A DNA stretch of 64,000 nt from the NCBI GenBank assembly GCA_963782545.1, contig CAWAKD010000006.1, positions 71,309-135,308 of the forward strand, read 5' to 3'. This document shows positions 18,813-27,539 of the stretch, piece by piece; position 1 is the first letter of the stretch, and each line of letters begins with the position of its first letter. The translations under genes were made by a program, and so were the position numbers. Under the pieces are notes generated by a model that saw nothing but the letters and a program-made list of their open reading frames with translations, was not told where the DNA came from and did no database searches. The DNA comes from an uncultured delta proteobacterium. GTDB taxonomy: Bacteria > Myxococcota_A > Polyangia > Fen-1088.

Positions 18813-20822
18813 CTAGCGAGCGACGAAAACGATGCTGGGATCGGCGATGGGAGTGAAGACTCCGTTGACCTCGGGGTTGGTCCTCGGCATCTGGCTGGCG
18901 CTACTGCCGCCGGGCGGTGGTTGTGGAGGCGGCTGGGAACTCGATGGTTGTGCCGGGGACATGGTCACGACGGACTCCTGGGCGATGGGCGTGACGACGG
19001 CGCTCTGGTCTTCAGCGCACCCGACGCTAAGCTGAACCCTGGTAGGCCCGGCCTGGGAGTCCCCCTGTTCGGTGTGCAGACGCAGCTTCGTGGCAAGCAG
19101 CTTCTGGCCCGCGACGAGCCCGCCTTCACACGACTCGAAGACGTAGAAGCCGGCGTATGCGCGTTCCAGCGGGGTGCTGGGATGTTCCTGCGAGGATCCC
19201 CCCCGGTACGTACAAGCCGTGAAGCAGGTCGGGCAGGCGCCGGCTTGCTGGATCGAGAGAATCGTGGTGCCGCTGCCTGACAGACCGTCGATGACGTTCA
19301 TGAGCTTGGGCACGGTGAACAGCGCGGGCGCCGAGAACTCTTGCTCGCCGTCCGTACTCGCGACGGGGCTGTAGGTCTTGAGTGCCACCAGGTTGACACC
19401 GGCGCAGGTCGCGCAGCTTCCGCCCACGCAACTGCCCTTCTGACAGAGCTGGCCTTCGGGGCATCCGGTCGAGTAGTAGCAGTCGGTTCCGTCCGGCACC
19501 GGATCGTTCGGGCACAAACCGGTTTGCGCGTTGCAGATCCCAGCCGCGTGGCATTGATCGGAGGCGGTGCAGGTGATGGGGTTCTGGCCGACGCAGATCC
19601 CGTCTTGGCACCGGTCGTCGTCGGTGCAGGCACTGGCGTCATCGCAGGGCGTGTCGTCGGAGAGGACGGTGTAGTTACCGCAAGCACCGGTCGACGGGTT
19701 GCATGTGCCGGGGCCGTGACAACCGTCGGGCGCAGGACACGCAACCGCAGGCCCTGGCACGCAGACGCCGCCTTGGCACCGGTTGTTCTGAGTGCAAGGG
19801 TTTGCGTAGGTACACGGAGTCGTGTCGGGCAGGCCGGTGCACGAGGCGGATGGCGTGCTGCCTGGACAGGCCAGACACTGATAGACTTGGTCCGCGATGG
19901 TCTTGGGTGCCACGCCATATGGGAATCTATTGACCCCGCACGTGCCATTGGGATCGTCGGTCGGACCGGTCCCATTCTCGAGGTAGCAGTCAAGGAACAC
20001 CGTGCAGTGTGTTCGGTCCCACTGCGTTTCTCGCGTGCACCACTGGCCGCACATGGTGTTGCGCCAGTCCTGCAAACAGGCGCCCCCGCCCCCACCGCCG
20101 TCACTGGTTGAGGTGCTGGTCGCGGTGGTCGTCACGGTGACAGTGGTCGTCGCCGTCGGGGTCGTCGTCTGCGTCAGGGTTTGCGTCTGCGTCTGGGTGA
20201 TCGTATCGGTGTGGGCGCCGGTCGCGGTCTTCGTATAGGTCCAGGTTATTCTTCCGCTCCAACCGACCCCAGTACCCGTGGCGAGCATGGTCTTGCTCAA
20301 GGCCCCCGCATAGTACGCCGCTACGGTCTTCGTGGTCGTGGCCGTCGCAAAGCTCGAGAACTGCATCGTTAAGGTCGTCGTGCCCGAGCCCGTATACGTC
20401 GCACCGCTGTCTGCGTATGTGCCGGTCGCGGTGCCGCTTCCGATGAAGGTCGTAACCGCCGTATCAGCACGGGTCAGGGTGGCGGTCCAGACATATGGCT
20501 TGGCTCCAACGTAGTCGTTCCTGAGGGTCACGGTGCCCACGCCCGTGCCCGTAACATTGAGGTAGTTCGCAGTCGCCGTCTTGGTGGTGACGTTGCCCGT
20601 TGCCGTCTGTGTATGCGTGGAGGTCGACGATTCGGTGTAGGTCGATGATTGCGTGTAGGTCGAGGTTTGCGTCTGGGTGCCGGTGACGGTGATGACCGAG
20701 TCCTTGATACTTGCGCGCAGCCCCCGATGCGAGCCGCCTCCTTCGTCCGGCGGAGGCGTCGAGCCGCACCCCACTGCCAAGGTCTGAGCTACAACCACGA
20801 ACCACAGAAGGTCTGTTTTCAT
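18813..20822 (-). CDS. Lipoprotein with a Thr-rich low-complexity region and Myxococcus-type cysteine-rich repeats
   Basis: Lipobox LAVGCGS. An approximately 230-aa T/Q/S-rich segment. Then tandem C-x5-6-C...C-x-x-G-x-C repeats (PCTYANPCTQNNRCQGGVCV...). Confidence 0.75.
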   Translation of the reverse strand: MKTDLLWFVVVAQTLAVGCGSTPPPDEGGGSHRGLRASIKDSVITVTGTQTQTSTYTQSSTYTESSTSTHTQTATGNVTTKTATANYLNVTGTGVGTVTLRNDYVGAKPYVWTATLTRADTAVTTFIGSGTATGTYADSGATYTGSGTTTLTMQFSSFATATTTKTVAAYYAGALSKTMLATGTGVGWSGRITWTYTKTATGAHTDTITQTQTQTLTQTTTPTATTTVTVTTTATSTSTSDGGGGGGACLQDWRNTMCGQWCTRETQWDRTHCTVFLDCYLENGTGPTDDPNGTCGVNRFPYGVAPKTIADQVYQCLACPGSTPSASCTGLPDTTPCTYANPCTQNNRCQGGVCVPGPAVACPAPDGCHGPGTCNPSTGACGNYTVLSDDTPCDDASACTDDDRCQDGICVGQNPITCTASDQCHAAGICNAQTGLCPNDPVPDGTDCYYSTGCPEGQLCQKGSCVGGSCATCAGVNLVALKTYSPVASTDGEQEFSAPALFTVPKLMNVIDGLSGSGTTILSIQQAGACPTCFTACTYRGGSSQEHPSTPLERAYAGFYVFESCEGGLVAGQKLLATKLRLHTEQGDSQAGPTRVQLSVGCAEDQSAVVTPIAQESVVTMSPAQPSSSQPPPQPPPGGSSASQMPRTNPEVNGVFTPIADPSIVFVAR

Positions 20823-21137
20823 CGTCCTTACTCCAGCTAAGTCTTTGGTCCAGGAGAACTACTCGGCCGTGCGACGCAAGGCGAGAGGCCATCTATCATG
20901 AGGGTTTCCGTGATGTCAATCTGAAGAGTATTCGCCGTTGAGCATCAGGTATCTTTACGAACGGGGCAAAACGTGCCTCGATGATCGTGCGTACCGCGGC
21001 CACAAGATGCGCCAAGTACTTGGAAGCTCGGGCGAAGAGGTCGGTGCTGCCACCCTCGCTGTCGATGTCAATCGCCAAAATGGCCTGCCCGGGTGTCAGA
21101 TCGCGCCTCCTCTTGGCGGGAACGCCCTCGCGCGGAG

Positions 21138-21830
21138 TCAGGCGCGTTGGCCGGCGGGGCCTTGGGGTGCATAGGGCGCGTCGAAGCGCTTGTTGAAGGC
21201 ACCGTGCTTCTTGAGCTGCGCGTTCCAGTAGATGTTGGCCAGACCGGAGAAGACGAGCAGACGCACGACCGCGCGGCCGACGATTCCGAAGGTTCGCGTG
21301 CCGGCCATGCTGGCAATCAAGCTGGGAGAGAATGCTTTCTTTTCCCCAAGCTCCTTGCCGGCGGCAACGAAGCGGGCTTGAATCTTGGCGACTTGCCTGG
21401 GTGGCATCATGCGAATACCTTCGACGCCGCCTCGGCGAAGCGTGCCCAGGTGCTGGAAGCCGAGACGGGTGGAGAGCCGCGCCAGGTACCGCCCCAGCAC
21501 CTCGGTGTGAATGGCCTCGGGAAAACCCGACTGGATGATGAAGGCAACGCGCTTGCCGCGCATCCGCGCCGGGTCGACGGCGACGAGCGCCTCGAAGAAG
21601 CCCTTCACGATCCCGGGCATCGCGTCCGTGTAGAGCGGGAAAGTGAACACCACCTCGTCCGCATCGAGAAACGCCGAAAGGACTTCGGGCCGGGTCGGAT
21701 CCGGGGCAAGGTCGACGGTGGGGGAAGCCGCCACGCCGGCCTGCTCCAGCCCTTGCCCGATCCACGCCAGGATCTTGCGCGAGTTGCCGTCCTTGCCTCT
21801 TGGCGAACCGTTAAGCAGCAAGCGCTTCAT
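21138..21830 (-). CDS. Flavodoxin-fold NAD(P)H-dependent FMN reductase-like protein
   Basis: MKRLLLNGSPRGKDGNS...FTFPLY is an NADPH-dependent FMN reductase / multimeric flavodoxin WrbA-like pattern. The N-terminal 33 aa of the ORF were discarded. Confidence 0.65.
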   Translation of the reverse strand: MKRLLLNGSPRGKDGNSRKILAWIGQGLEQAGVAASPTVDLAPDPTRPEVLSAFLDADEVVFTFPLYTDAMPGIVKGFFEALVAVDPARMRGKRVAFIIQSGFPEAIHTEVLGRYLARLSTRLGFQHLGTLRRGGVEGIRMMPPRQVAKIQARFVAAGKELGEKKAFSPSLIASMAGTRTFGIVGRAVVRLLVFSGLANIYWNAQLKKHGAFNKRFDAPYAPQGPAGQRA

Positions 21831-22356
21831 GGGCTGCCTCCTCGACGGTGGTGGTGCTGGTCGCGAACAGGCGCAGGCGCGTGCGGGTGTTGCGGGAGAA
21901 GCGCTCGAAGAAGGCACGCGCGATGGCCACATCCTCGGCCGTGTCGTCGGCGGCCGGTTCGACGATGACGCCGAGGTCGGCGTTGTGCGCGTAGCGGTGT
22001 CGGTGGTGGCACTCGCCGTCCACCAGCTCGATGTAGGGATGGGCGAGCGGGATGAACCAATCCTGCGCCTTCTTGGTCAGGGCGCTGATGGCTCCGAGCA
22101 CCAGCGGACTGGCCCATACGATGAGGTCGGCCTTCACCATCTCGGGATAGATGGCGCGCATGTCGTCCTTCATGGCGCACAGGCCGGGTGTCTTCCACCA
22201 GCAGGTCCAGCACCCGACGCAGTAGCGAATGTTGGCGTCGCGCAGGTCGAAGCGCAGGGCGGTGTGGCCGTTCGTGGTGAGCGCCTGGGCGAATCGCGTA
22301 AGGTAGTCGTCGAACGCCGAGGGCTTGGGATTTCCGTTCAGAACCAGACAGTGCAT
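21811..22356 (-). CDS. Flavodoxin-family / iron-sulfur flavoprotein-like reductase
   Basis: MHCLVLNGNPKPS...CVGCWTCW...LIVWASPL is the NADPH-dependent FMN reductase fold with a Cys cluster. Confidence 0.65.
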   Translation of the reverse strand: MHCLVLNGNPKPSAFDDYLTRFAQALTTNGHTALRFDLRDANIRYCVGCWTCWWKTPGLCAMKDDMRAIYPEMVKADLIVWASPLVLGAISALTKKAQDWFIPLAHPYIELVDGECHHRHRYAHNADLGVIVEPAADDTAEDVAIARAFFERFSRNTRTRLRLFATSTTTVEEAAHEALAA

Positions 22357-22377
22357 GGGGCCTCCTTCTTTTGCACA

Positions 22378-22429
22378 ATGTTTACGCTGTCAACATCAGG
22401 GAACTCCAAGATGTTGACGGTGTCAACAT
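22378..22429. promoter_or_regulatory. Two tandem 19-bp palindromic operators (putative TetR binding sites) in the divergent promoter region
   Basis: ATGTTTAC-GCT-GTCAACAT (22378..22396) and ATGTTGAC-GGT-GTCAACAT (22411..22429). Each has 8-bp inverted arms and a 3-bp spacer. Centres are 33 bp apart. They lie between the flavoprotein operon start (22356) and tetR (22449). Confidence 0.55.
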
Positions 22430-22448
22430 TAAAGTCGAGAATGTCGCC

Positions 22449-23081
22449 ATGGCCAAGAAGAAGCGGTATCACCACCCCGACCTGAAGCAGGCGCTTCTCG
22501 ACGGGGCGCTTAAGCTCATCCAGGAAGAAGGCTTGCGCGGCTTCTCGCTGCGCAAGCTGGCCATGCTGGCTGGAGTCAGCCACGCGGCGCCCTATCGCCA
22601 CTTTGCCAGCAAGGAGCAACTGCTGGTGAGCTTGATGCTGGAGGGGCACAAACGGCTGCGGTCCGCGTTGCTGGCCGCGGCTTCGAGCTGCAAGGGGACC
22701 GCGGTCGACAAGTACCTCGCGCTGGGCCGCGCCTACCTCGAATTCGCCAGAGAGAATCCGGAACACCTTCGGGTGATGTTCTCACGCGAGGCCATGCAGG
22801 CGGCCATGGGCTCGCAAGAGCCCGAAAAGTTCCACCAGCAGGACTACGATTCCTTCGGCGTCGTCGAAGAGATGGTTCGCGCGTGTCAGCGGGAAGGTGC
22901 GTTGCCCAAAAAGGGAAACGTCGGCGCCCTCGGAATCCTTGCCTGGGCCGAGGTGCACGGCCTGGCCCTGCTGTGCAACGAGGGGGTGGTCGCGACGATG
23001 GCGGAAATGCGTGGAACCAGCGAGAGCCAGGTCATGGGGATGATCTTCGCTTTCATGGAGGCGCGGCTCAAGCGTCGCTAG
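22449..23081 (+). CDS. TetR/AcrR family transcriptional regulator
   Basis: HTH motif LRGFSLRKLAMLAGVSHAAPYRHFASKEQLL. Start moved to MAKKKRYHH. Confidence 0.85.
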   Translation: MAKKKRYHHPDLKQALLDGALKLIQEEGLRGFSLRKLAMLAGVSHAAPYRHFASKEQLLVSLMLEGHKRLRSALLAAASSCKGTAVDKYLALGRAYLEFARENPEHLRVMFSREAMQAAMGSQEPEKFHQQDYDSFGVVEEMVRACQREGALPKKGNVGALGILAWAEVHGLALLCNEGVVATMAEMRGTSESQVMGMIFAFMEARLKRR

Positions 23082-24151
23082 GCGCGGTTCGGCGCGCGGC
23101 CCAGCTCGCGCAGCCAGCGGTAATGCGAGCCCAGGGCGGCGGTGGCGGTCGCGTGCGCGGCATATCGCACGCCGTGGGCCAGGCAGACGCGCTCGACGAT
23201 CTTCGACAAGGCCGGATAGTGCGTGTGGCAGACGCGTGGGAACAGGTGGTGTTCGATTTGGAAGTTCAACCCACCGACGAACCAGGTCAGCGCTCGGCTC
23301 TCGCGCGCGAAATCCACGGTGGCCTCGACTTGATGGGTTGCCCAGTCGCGTTCCATGACTTGTGCGGGAAGCGGCGGCTTGGCGAAGGTAGCCTCGCCCA
23401 GGCAATGGGCCAGCTGAAAAACCACGGCAAGCAACAGTCCCAGGATCACGTCGGTAAGCAGGAAGACGGCAAGCACGCCCCACAACGGATGAAAGAACAG
23501 GGGCAGCACCAGCGCCAAACCGAAAAAGAGGACCTTGCCGGACCAGAAGAGAAGTTGCTCGTTCCGAGCCGGCCGGGGCACCCGGGTGGAGGCGACCCCA
23601 GGCTTGATGATGCTGCGAAAGTCGTCCACCAGTTGCCACTTGATGGCCATGAGCCCGTAGAGAAGCCACATGTACAGATGCTGGAATCGGTGAAACCAGA
23701 AGCGTCGGTCATACGGGGTGAGGCGGCCAAGGGGACCGAGGTAGACGTCGTCATCGAAGCCGGCGATATTGGGGCACCCGTGGTGAGCAACGCCGTGCTT
23801 GTAGCGCCAGAAGTACGAGCTGCCGCCCAGCAAGTCGAGCGAGAAGGCCATGCCTCGATTGACAGAGGACGAGACGGCATAGGAGCCATGGCCGCCGTCG
23901 TGTTGCACGTTGAAGCCGATGCCAGCCATGGCGCAGGCCAGCGAGGCGGCAAGCAGTGCAAATTGCCATGGCTGTTTGGCGATGAACAGCAACAGCAGAT
24001 ACGACCCGACCAACCAGATGGCAAACACCGCGGTCTTTCCCCAAAGTGCATACGAACCTTTGCGAGAAAGGCCGCGACCCTGGAAGAATGCGGCGACCTT
24101 CGCATCGAGATCAGCCCGGAAAGCGGCGGGCGGCGCGTACTGAATGCCCAC
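23078..24151 (-). CDS. Membrane fatty-acid desaturase
   Basis: His boxes HDGGH, HGVAHH and QIEHHLFP. Four transmembrane segments. Confidence 0.85.
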   Translation of the reverse strand: MGIQYAPPAAFRADLDAKVAAFFQGRGLSRKGSYALWGKTAVFAIWLVGSYLLLLFIAKQPWQFALLAASLACAMAGIGFNVQHDGGHGSYAVSSSVNRGMAFSLDLLGGSSYFWRYKHGVAHHGCPNIAGFDDDVYLGPLGRLTPYDRRFWFHRFQHLYMWLLYGLMAIKWQLVDDFRSIIKPGVASTRVPRPARNEQLLFWSGKVLFFGLALVLPLFFHPLWGVLAVFLLTDVILGLLLAVVFQLAHCLGEATFAKPPLPAQVMERDWATHQVEATVDFARESRALTWFVGGLNFQIEHHLFPRVCHTHYPALSKIVERVCLAHGVRYAAHATATAALGSHYRWLRELGRAPNRA

Positions 24152-24334
24152 GCGATCCGTATGGCTCGGTCCCCGTCAAGAAGGGACCACGGTTGGGTCA
24201 CAACTAGGTCAGATATCGCGCGGGACGTAGATTGACGCCGGATTGGCACCCCCCATGGGTCGATCGCAAGGGCAACGCCAGCCTCTTCCAGAACAACATG
24301 GCATCGCGTCCGCCGACGGCTAAGCTTTCCCGTC

Positions 24335-25708
24335 GTGGTGGGCAAGCTTCGCAAGCAAGTCGTGGTCATCGGGGGCGGCTTCGGCGGCCTGGCGGTGACG
24401 CGCGCGCTGGCACGGGAGCCTGTCCAGGTGACGCTGGTCGATCGCCGCAACCACCACCTGTTCCAGCCCTTGCTCTACCAGGTCGCCATGGCCGGGCTGT
24501 CGCCGGCCGAGATCGCGGTGCCCATCCGCAGCGTGCTGCGTGGGCAGAAGAACGCGCGCGTCTTGCTGGCCGAGGCGATGCGCATCGACATGACGTCCCA
24601 GCAAGTGGTGCTGCGCGAGGCGCCGCCCCTGGCCTACGATTTCCTGGTGGTGGCCACGGGTGCGCTGACCAGCTACTTCGGTCACGATGAGTGGCGCGGC
24701 GTCGCGCCCGGGCTCAAGGACATCGAGGACGCCGTGGAGATCCGGCGGCGCGTGCTCCTGGCCTTCGAAGCCGCCGAGCGCGAGCCCGATCCCGAGGCAC
24801 GCCGCCGCCACCTGACCTTCGTCGTGATCGGCGGCGGCCCCACGGGCGTCGAGTTGGCTGGCGCCATTGCCGAGCTGGCAAGCTATGTGCTGGCCCGTGA
24901 TTTCCGCGCCATCCATCCCGAAGACGCCCGGGTCGTGCTGCTCGAAGGTGGACCGCGCATCTTGAACAACTTCGCGCCCCAGCTTTCCGACCGCGCCATG
25001 CGCAGCCTGGCCGGGATGGGCGTCGAGGTGCGCACCCGGGCCCAGGTCACCCAGATCGACGACGTTGGCGTCTTGCTCGGTGGCGAGCGCATCTGGGCCG
25101 GCACAGTGCTGTGGGCCGCCGGCGTTGCCGCTGCCCCGCTGCCCAAGGACTTGCAAGCGCCCGTGGACCGCATCGGCCGCGTCCTGGTGGAGGGCGACTG
25201 CTCGCTGCCAGGGCATCCTGAAATCTTCTGCATCGGCGATGCCGCCGCGTTCTTTCCATCGGGCGGCACAACCCCGCTTCCGGGGGTCAGTCCGGTGGCC
25301 ATGCAACAGGGACGATTCGTGGCCCGGCAGATCGGGCGTCGCATCGACGCCCGTCCCGGCGAAGCCTTCGTCTATCGCGACAAGGGCTCGATGGCGACCA
25401 TCGGCCGCAGCCGCGCGGTGGCCGAGATCGGCAAAGTCCGATTGAGCGGCTTCGTCGCTTGGCTCACGTGGCTGCTGGTCCACATCTACTACCTTGTCGA
25501 TTTCCGCAACCGCACCTTCGTGATCATCAATTGGGCCTGGTCCTATCTGACCTACCGGCGCGGAGCGCGCCTGATTACGGGCCGCAATGCCGGCCTGGTT
25601 CGCGACCGGCGTGAGGACGTGCCAGCTGACCAGCTTCGCGATGAGGTCGCCGACCGCGCGCGTGCCGATGCCCATCTTGCCGGCGGAGAGGATCTTGATC
25701 TTGCCTGA
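24335..25708 (+). CDS. ndh: Type II NADH dehydrogenase (NDH-2)
   Basis: VVVIGGGFGGL and VVIGGGPTGVELAG dinucleotide folds. C-terminal amphipathic region. GTG start. Confidence 0.85.
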   Translation: MVGKLRKQVVVIGGGFGGLAVTRALAREPVQVTLVDRRNHHLFQPLLYQVAMAGLSPAEIAVPIRSVLRGQKNARVLLAEAMRIDMTSQQVVLREAPPLAYDFLVVATGALTSYFGHDEWRGVAPGLKDIEDAVEIRRRVLLAFEAAEREPDPEARRRHLTFVVIGGGPTGVELAGAIAELASYVLARDFRAIHPEDARVVLLEGGPRILNNFAPQLSDRAMRSLAGMGVEVRTRAQVTQIDDVGVLLGGERIWAGTVLWAAGVAAAPLPKDLQAPVDRIGRVLVEGDCSLPGHPEIFCIGDAAAFFPSGGTTPLPGVSPVAMQQGRFVARQIGRRIDARPGEAFVYRDKGSMATIGRSRAVAEIGKVRLSGFVAWLTWLLVHIYYLVDFRNRTFVIINWAWSYLTYRRGARLITGRNAGLVRDRREDVPADQLRDEVADRARADAHLAGGEDLDLA

Positions 25709-25845
25709 AGCGGGGCCGGAAGGTCCTTGCGTGGACGGTGGCGGAGCGCCTCGACCCAACGAGGACGTGCCAGGTGTCGCTGGCCGCTAGCAAGCATCTC
25801 GTAATTGCGGGCCGGCCGTTGCTCTTTGCCGGGGAGACCGACGCG

Positions 25846-27345
25846 TCAGGGGTTGGCGAGCGTTGCCCAGGTATTGGGCGCGGCCAGACCGTTCTTGACG
25901 CCCGTCATGATTCCACTGACGATCGTCGATTGAGCCACGGCGCCAGAGTTTCGGTCGAAGAGTGAAAACGACTCGCTGCCCGAGCCCCCGTTGTCCCACC
26001 AAATGGGAACGAGGCCAGCCGTTGTGGTGTCTTGAGAATATGCCAAGGCGTGCGCCGCCCGGTTGGCCGTCGCTTGAGCTGCCATCGAGCCCCATTCGCC
26101 GATGAAGATGACCTGCGTGGGCAACCAGACGCGGATCTGCTGGGCGATGGAATTCTGCATGTTGGTGTAGTCCGACGAGCTTCCCCAGGGGTAGGGCGTT
26201 GTGCTCAGACCGAAATTCGTCGGGTAATAGGTGTGGAGCGAGATCACCAGATTGGGATCCTTGATGAAGCTCACCTTCTGCATCGCCTGGATGCCCGCCT
26301 GGATGGGGCTGGCGCCGATCGGTTGGATCATGACGATGCGGGTAGCGTTGGCTCCGCCGGTGCCTCGGATCGCACTGAAGCACGCCTCGAGGTACAGATT
26401 GAGATCGGCTTGCGATTGGGCGTTGTTGCTGCCGGTGTAGTTGGGCTCGTTGAAGCACTCGAACATCAGACGGTTGTTGAAAGCTTGGAAGGCCGTAGCG
26501 ATCTGGGTCCACACCGCCGTGACTTCGGCCGCAACGCTCTGTGCGGCTGAGGTTGTCGTCGGGAAGGTCACCCATCCCCCGTTCCCATCCGAATCGTGGT
26601 GGATGTTGATGAAGACGTACATACCGGCATCGATGGCCCACTGTGCGGTTTGCTTGACCTTGCCCATCCAGCCCGAGTCGATGGTGTAGGACGGCCCGGC
26701 GCCGATATGGTTGGTCCAGCCGACCGGGAGCCGCATGAGCTTGAACCCCGCTGAATGCACGGAGTTGATCAGGGTTTGACTGGGCGTGGGATTGCCCCAG
26801 CTCGTCTCGTTGGGCGTGGAATCGAAGGAGTTGCCCAGATTCCAACCTGGGGACATGAGCTTGGCCGCCTCTTGCGGCGTGAGTTGCCCCGTGCCCGAGC
26901 TTCCGCCGGTCCCTCCCACCCCACCGCTGCCCAGAAGCCCCCCCGTGCCCAGCGCGCCGCCGGAGCCTAACGCACCGCCAGAAACAACCACACGCGTGCC
27001 GCCCGTGCGACCTCCGCTGCCAATCGCGTCAACGGGACCGCTTCCGCCCATCCCGCCGGCGCCGGTAGCGCCGCCGCTGCTTCCGCCCATCCCACCGGTG
27101 CCGGTAGCGCCGCCGTTGCCTCCGCCCATCCCACCGGTGCCACCGGAACTGTTTCCGCCCACCCCGCCGTCACGACCGCTGCTTCCCCCAGCGCCCCCGG
27201 TTCCACTATTTCCGCCGCGACCGCCTGTGTCGAACTTGCCTCCGACTCCCGATCCTCCGGTCATTCCAGGTGTGTTCGGCGAACAAGCAGCGCCCGCAAT
27301 CGCGAGTGCCGCGACCGTTGTACGCAAGAAACGGCTCAATGTCAT
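25846..27345 (-). CDS. Glycoside hydrolase family 5 (endoglucanase-like) lipoprotein with a Gly-rich linker
   Basis: Lipobox AGAACS. An approximately 140-aa GGxGG linker. GH5 core (MRLPVGW...NEP...IGEWG). Confidence 0.8.
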   Translation of the reverse strand: MTLSRFLRTTVAALAIAGAACSPNTPGMTGGSGVGGKFDTGGRGGNSGTGGAGGSSGRDGGVGGNSSGGTGGMGGGNGGATGTGGMGGSSGGATGAGGMGGSGPVDAIGSGGRTGGTRVVVSGGALGSGGALGTGGLLGSGGVGGTGGSSGTGQLTPQEAAKLMSPGWNLGNSFDSTPNETSWGNPTPSQTLINSVHSAGFKLMRLPVGWTNHIGAGPSYTIDSGWMGKVKQTAQWAIDAGMYVFINIHHDSDGNGGWVTFPTTTSAAQSVAAEVTAVWTQIATAFQAFNNRLMFECFNEPNYTGSNNAQSQADLNLYLEACFSAIRGTGGANATRIVMIQPIGASPIQAGIQAMQKVSFIKDPNLVISLHTYYPTNFGLSTTPYPWGSSSDYTNMQNSIAQQIRVWLPTQVIFIGEWGSMAAQATANRAAHALAYSQDTTTAGLVPIWWDNGGSGSESFSLFDRNSGAVAQSTIVSGIMTGVKNGLAAPNTWATLANP

Positions 27346-27539
27346 GCGTTATTTTCTCTTTGCAGCTTCAACGGTCGGCATCTGTCATGGGGTGACCTCG
27401 CACTTACGGGGCGAGCATCCAACCCTTCAGGACAAGAGATATCATTATCTACAGTGGCAGGAGCGCCCGAATTCCGTCCTGCGAGTGACCGCGGCCCGTG
27501 ACGCATGGAGTGGCGAGCTGAGCGGCGATATGGCGACAT

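Noticed and set aside
20896-21137. Open frame ending ...ILAIDIDSEGGSTDLFARASKYLAHLVAAVRTIIEARFAPF...
   Set aside because: Reads like protein but has no in-frame start with a usable RBS (the nearest TTG is 27 nt from the only SD-like sequence). It lies in the promoter region of the secreted operon. Possibly a decayed gene fragment, and I cannot support a call.
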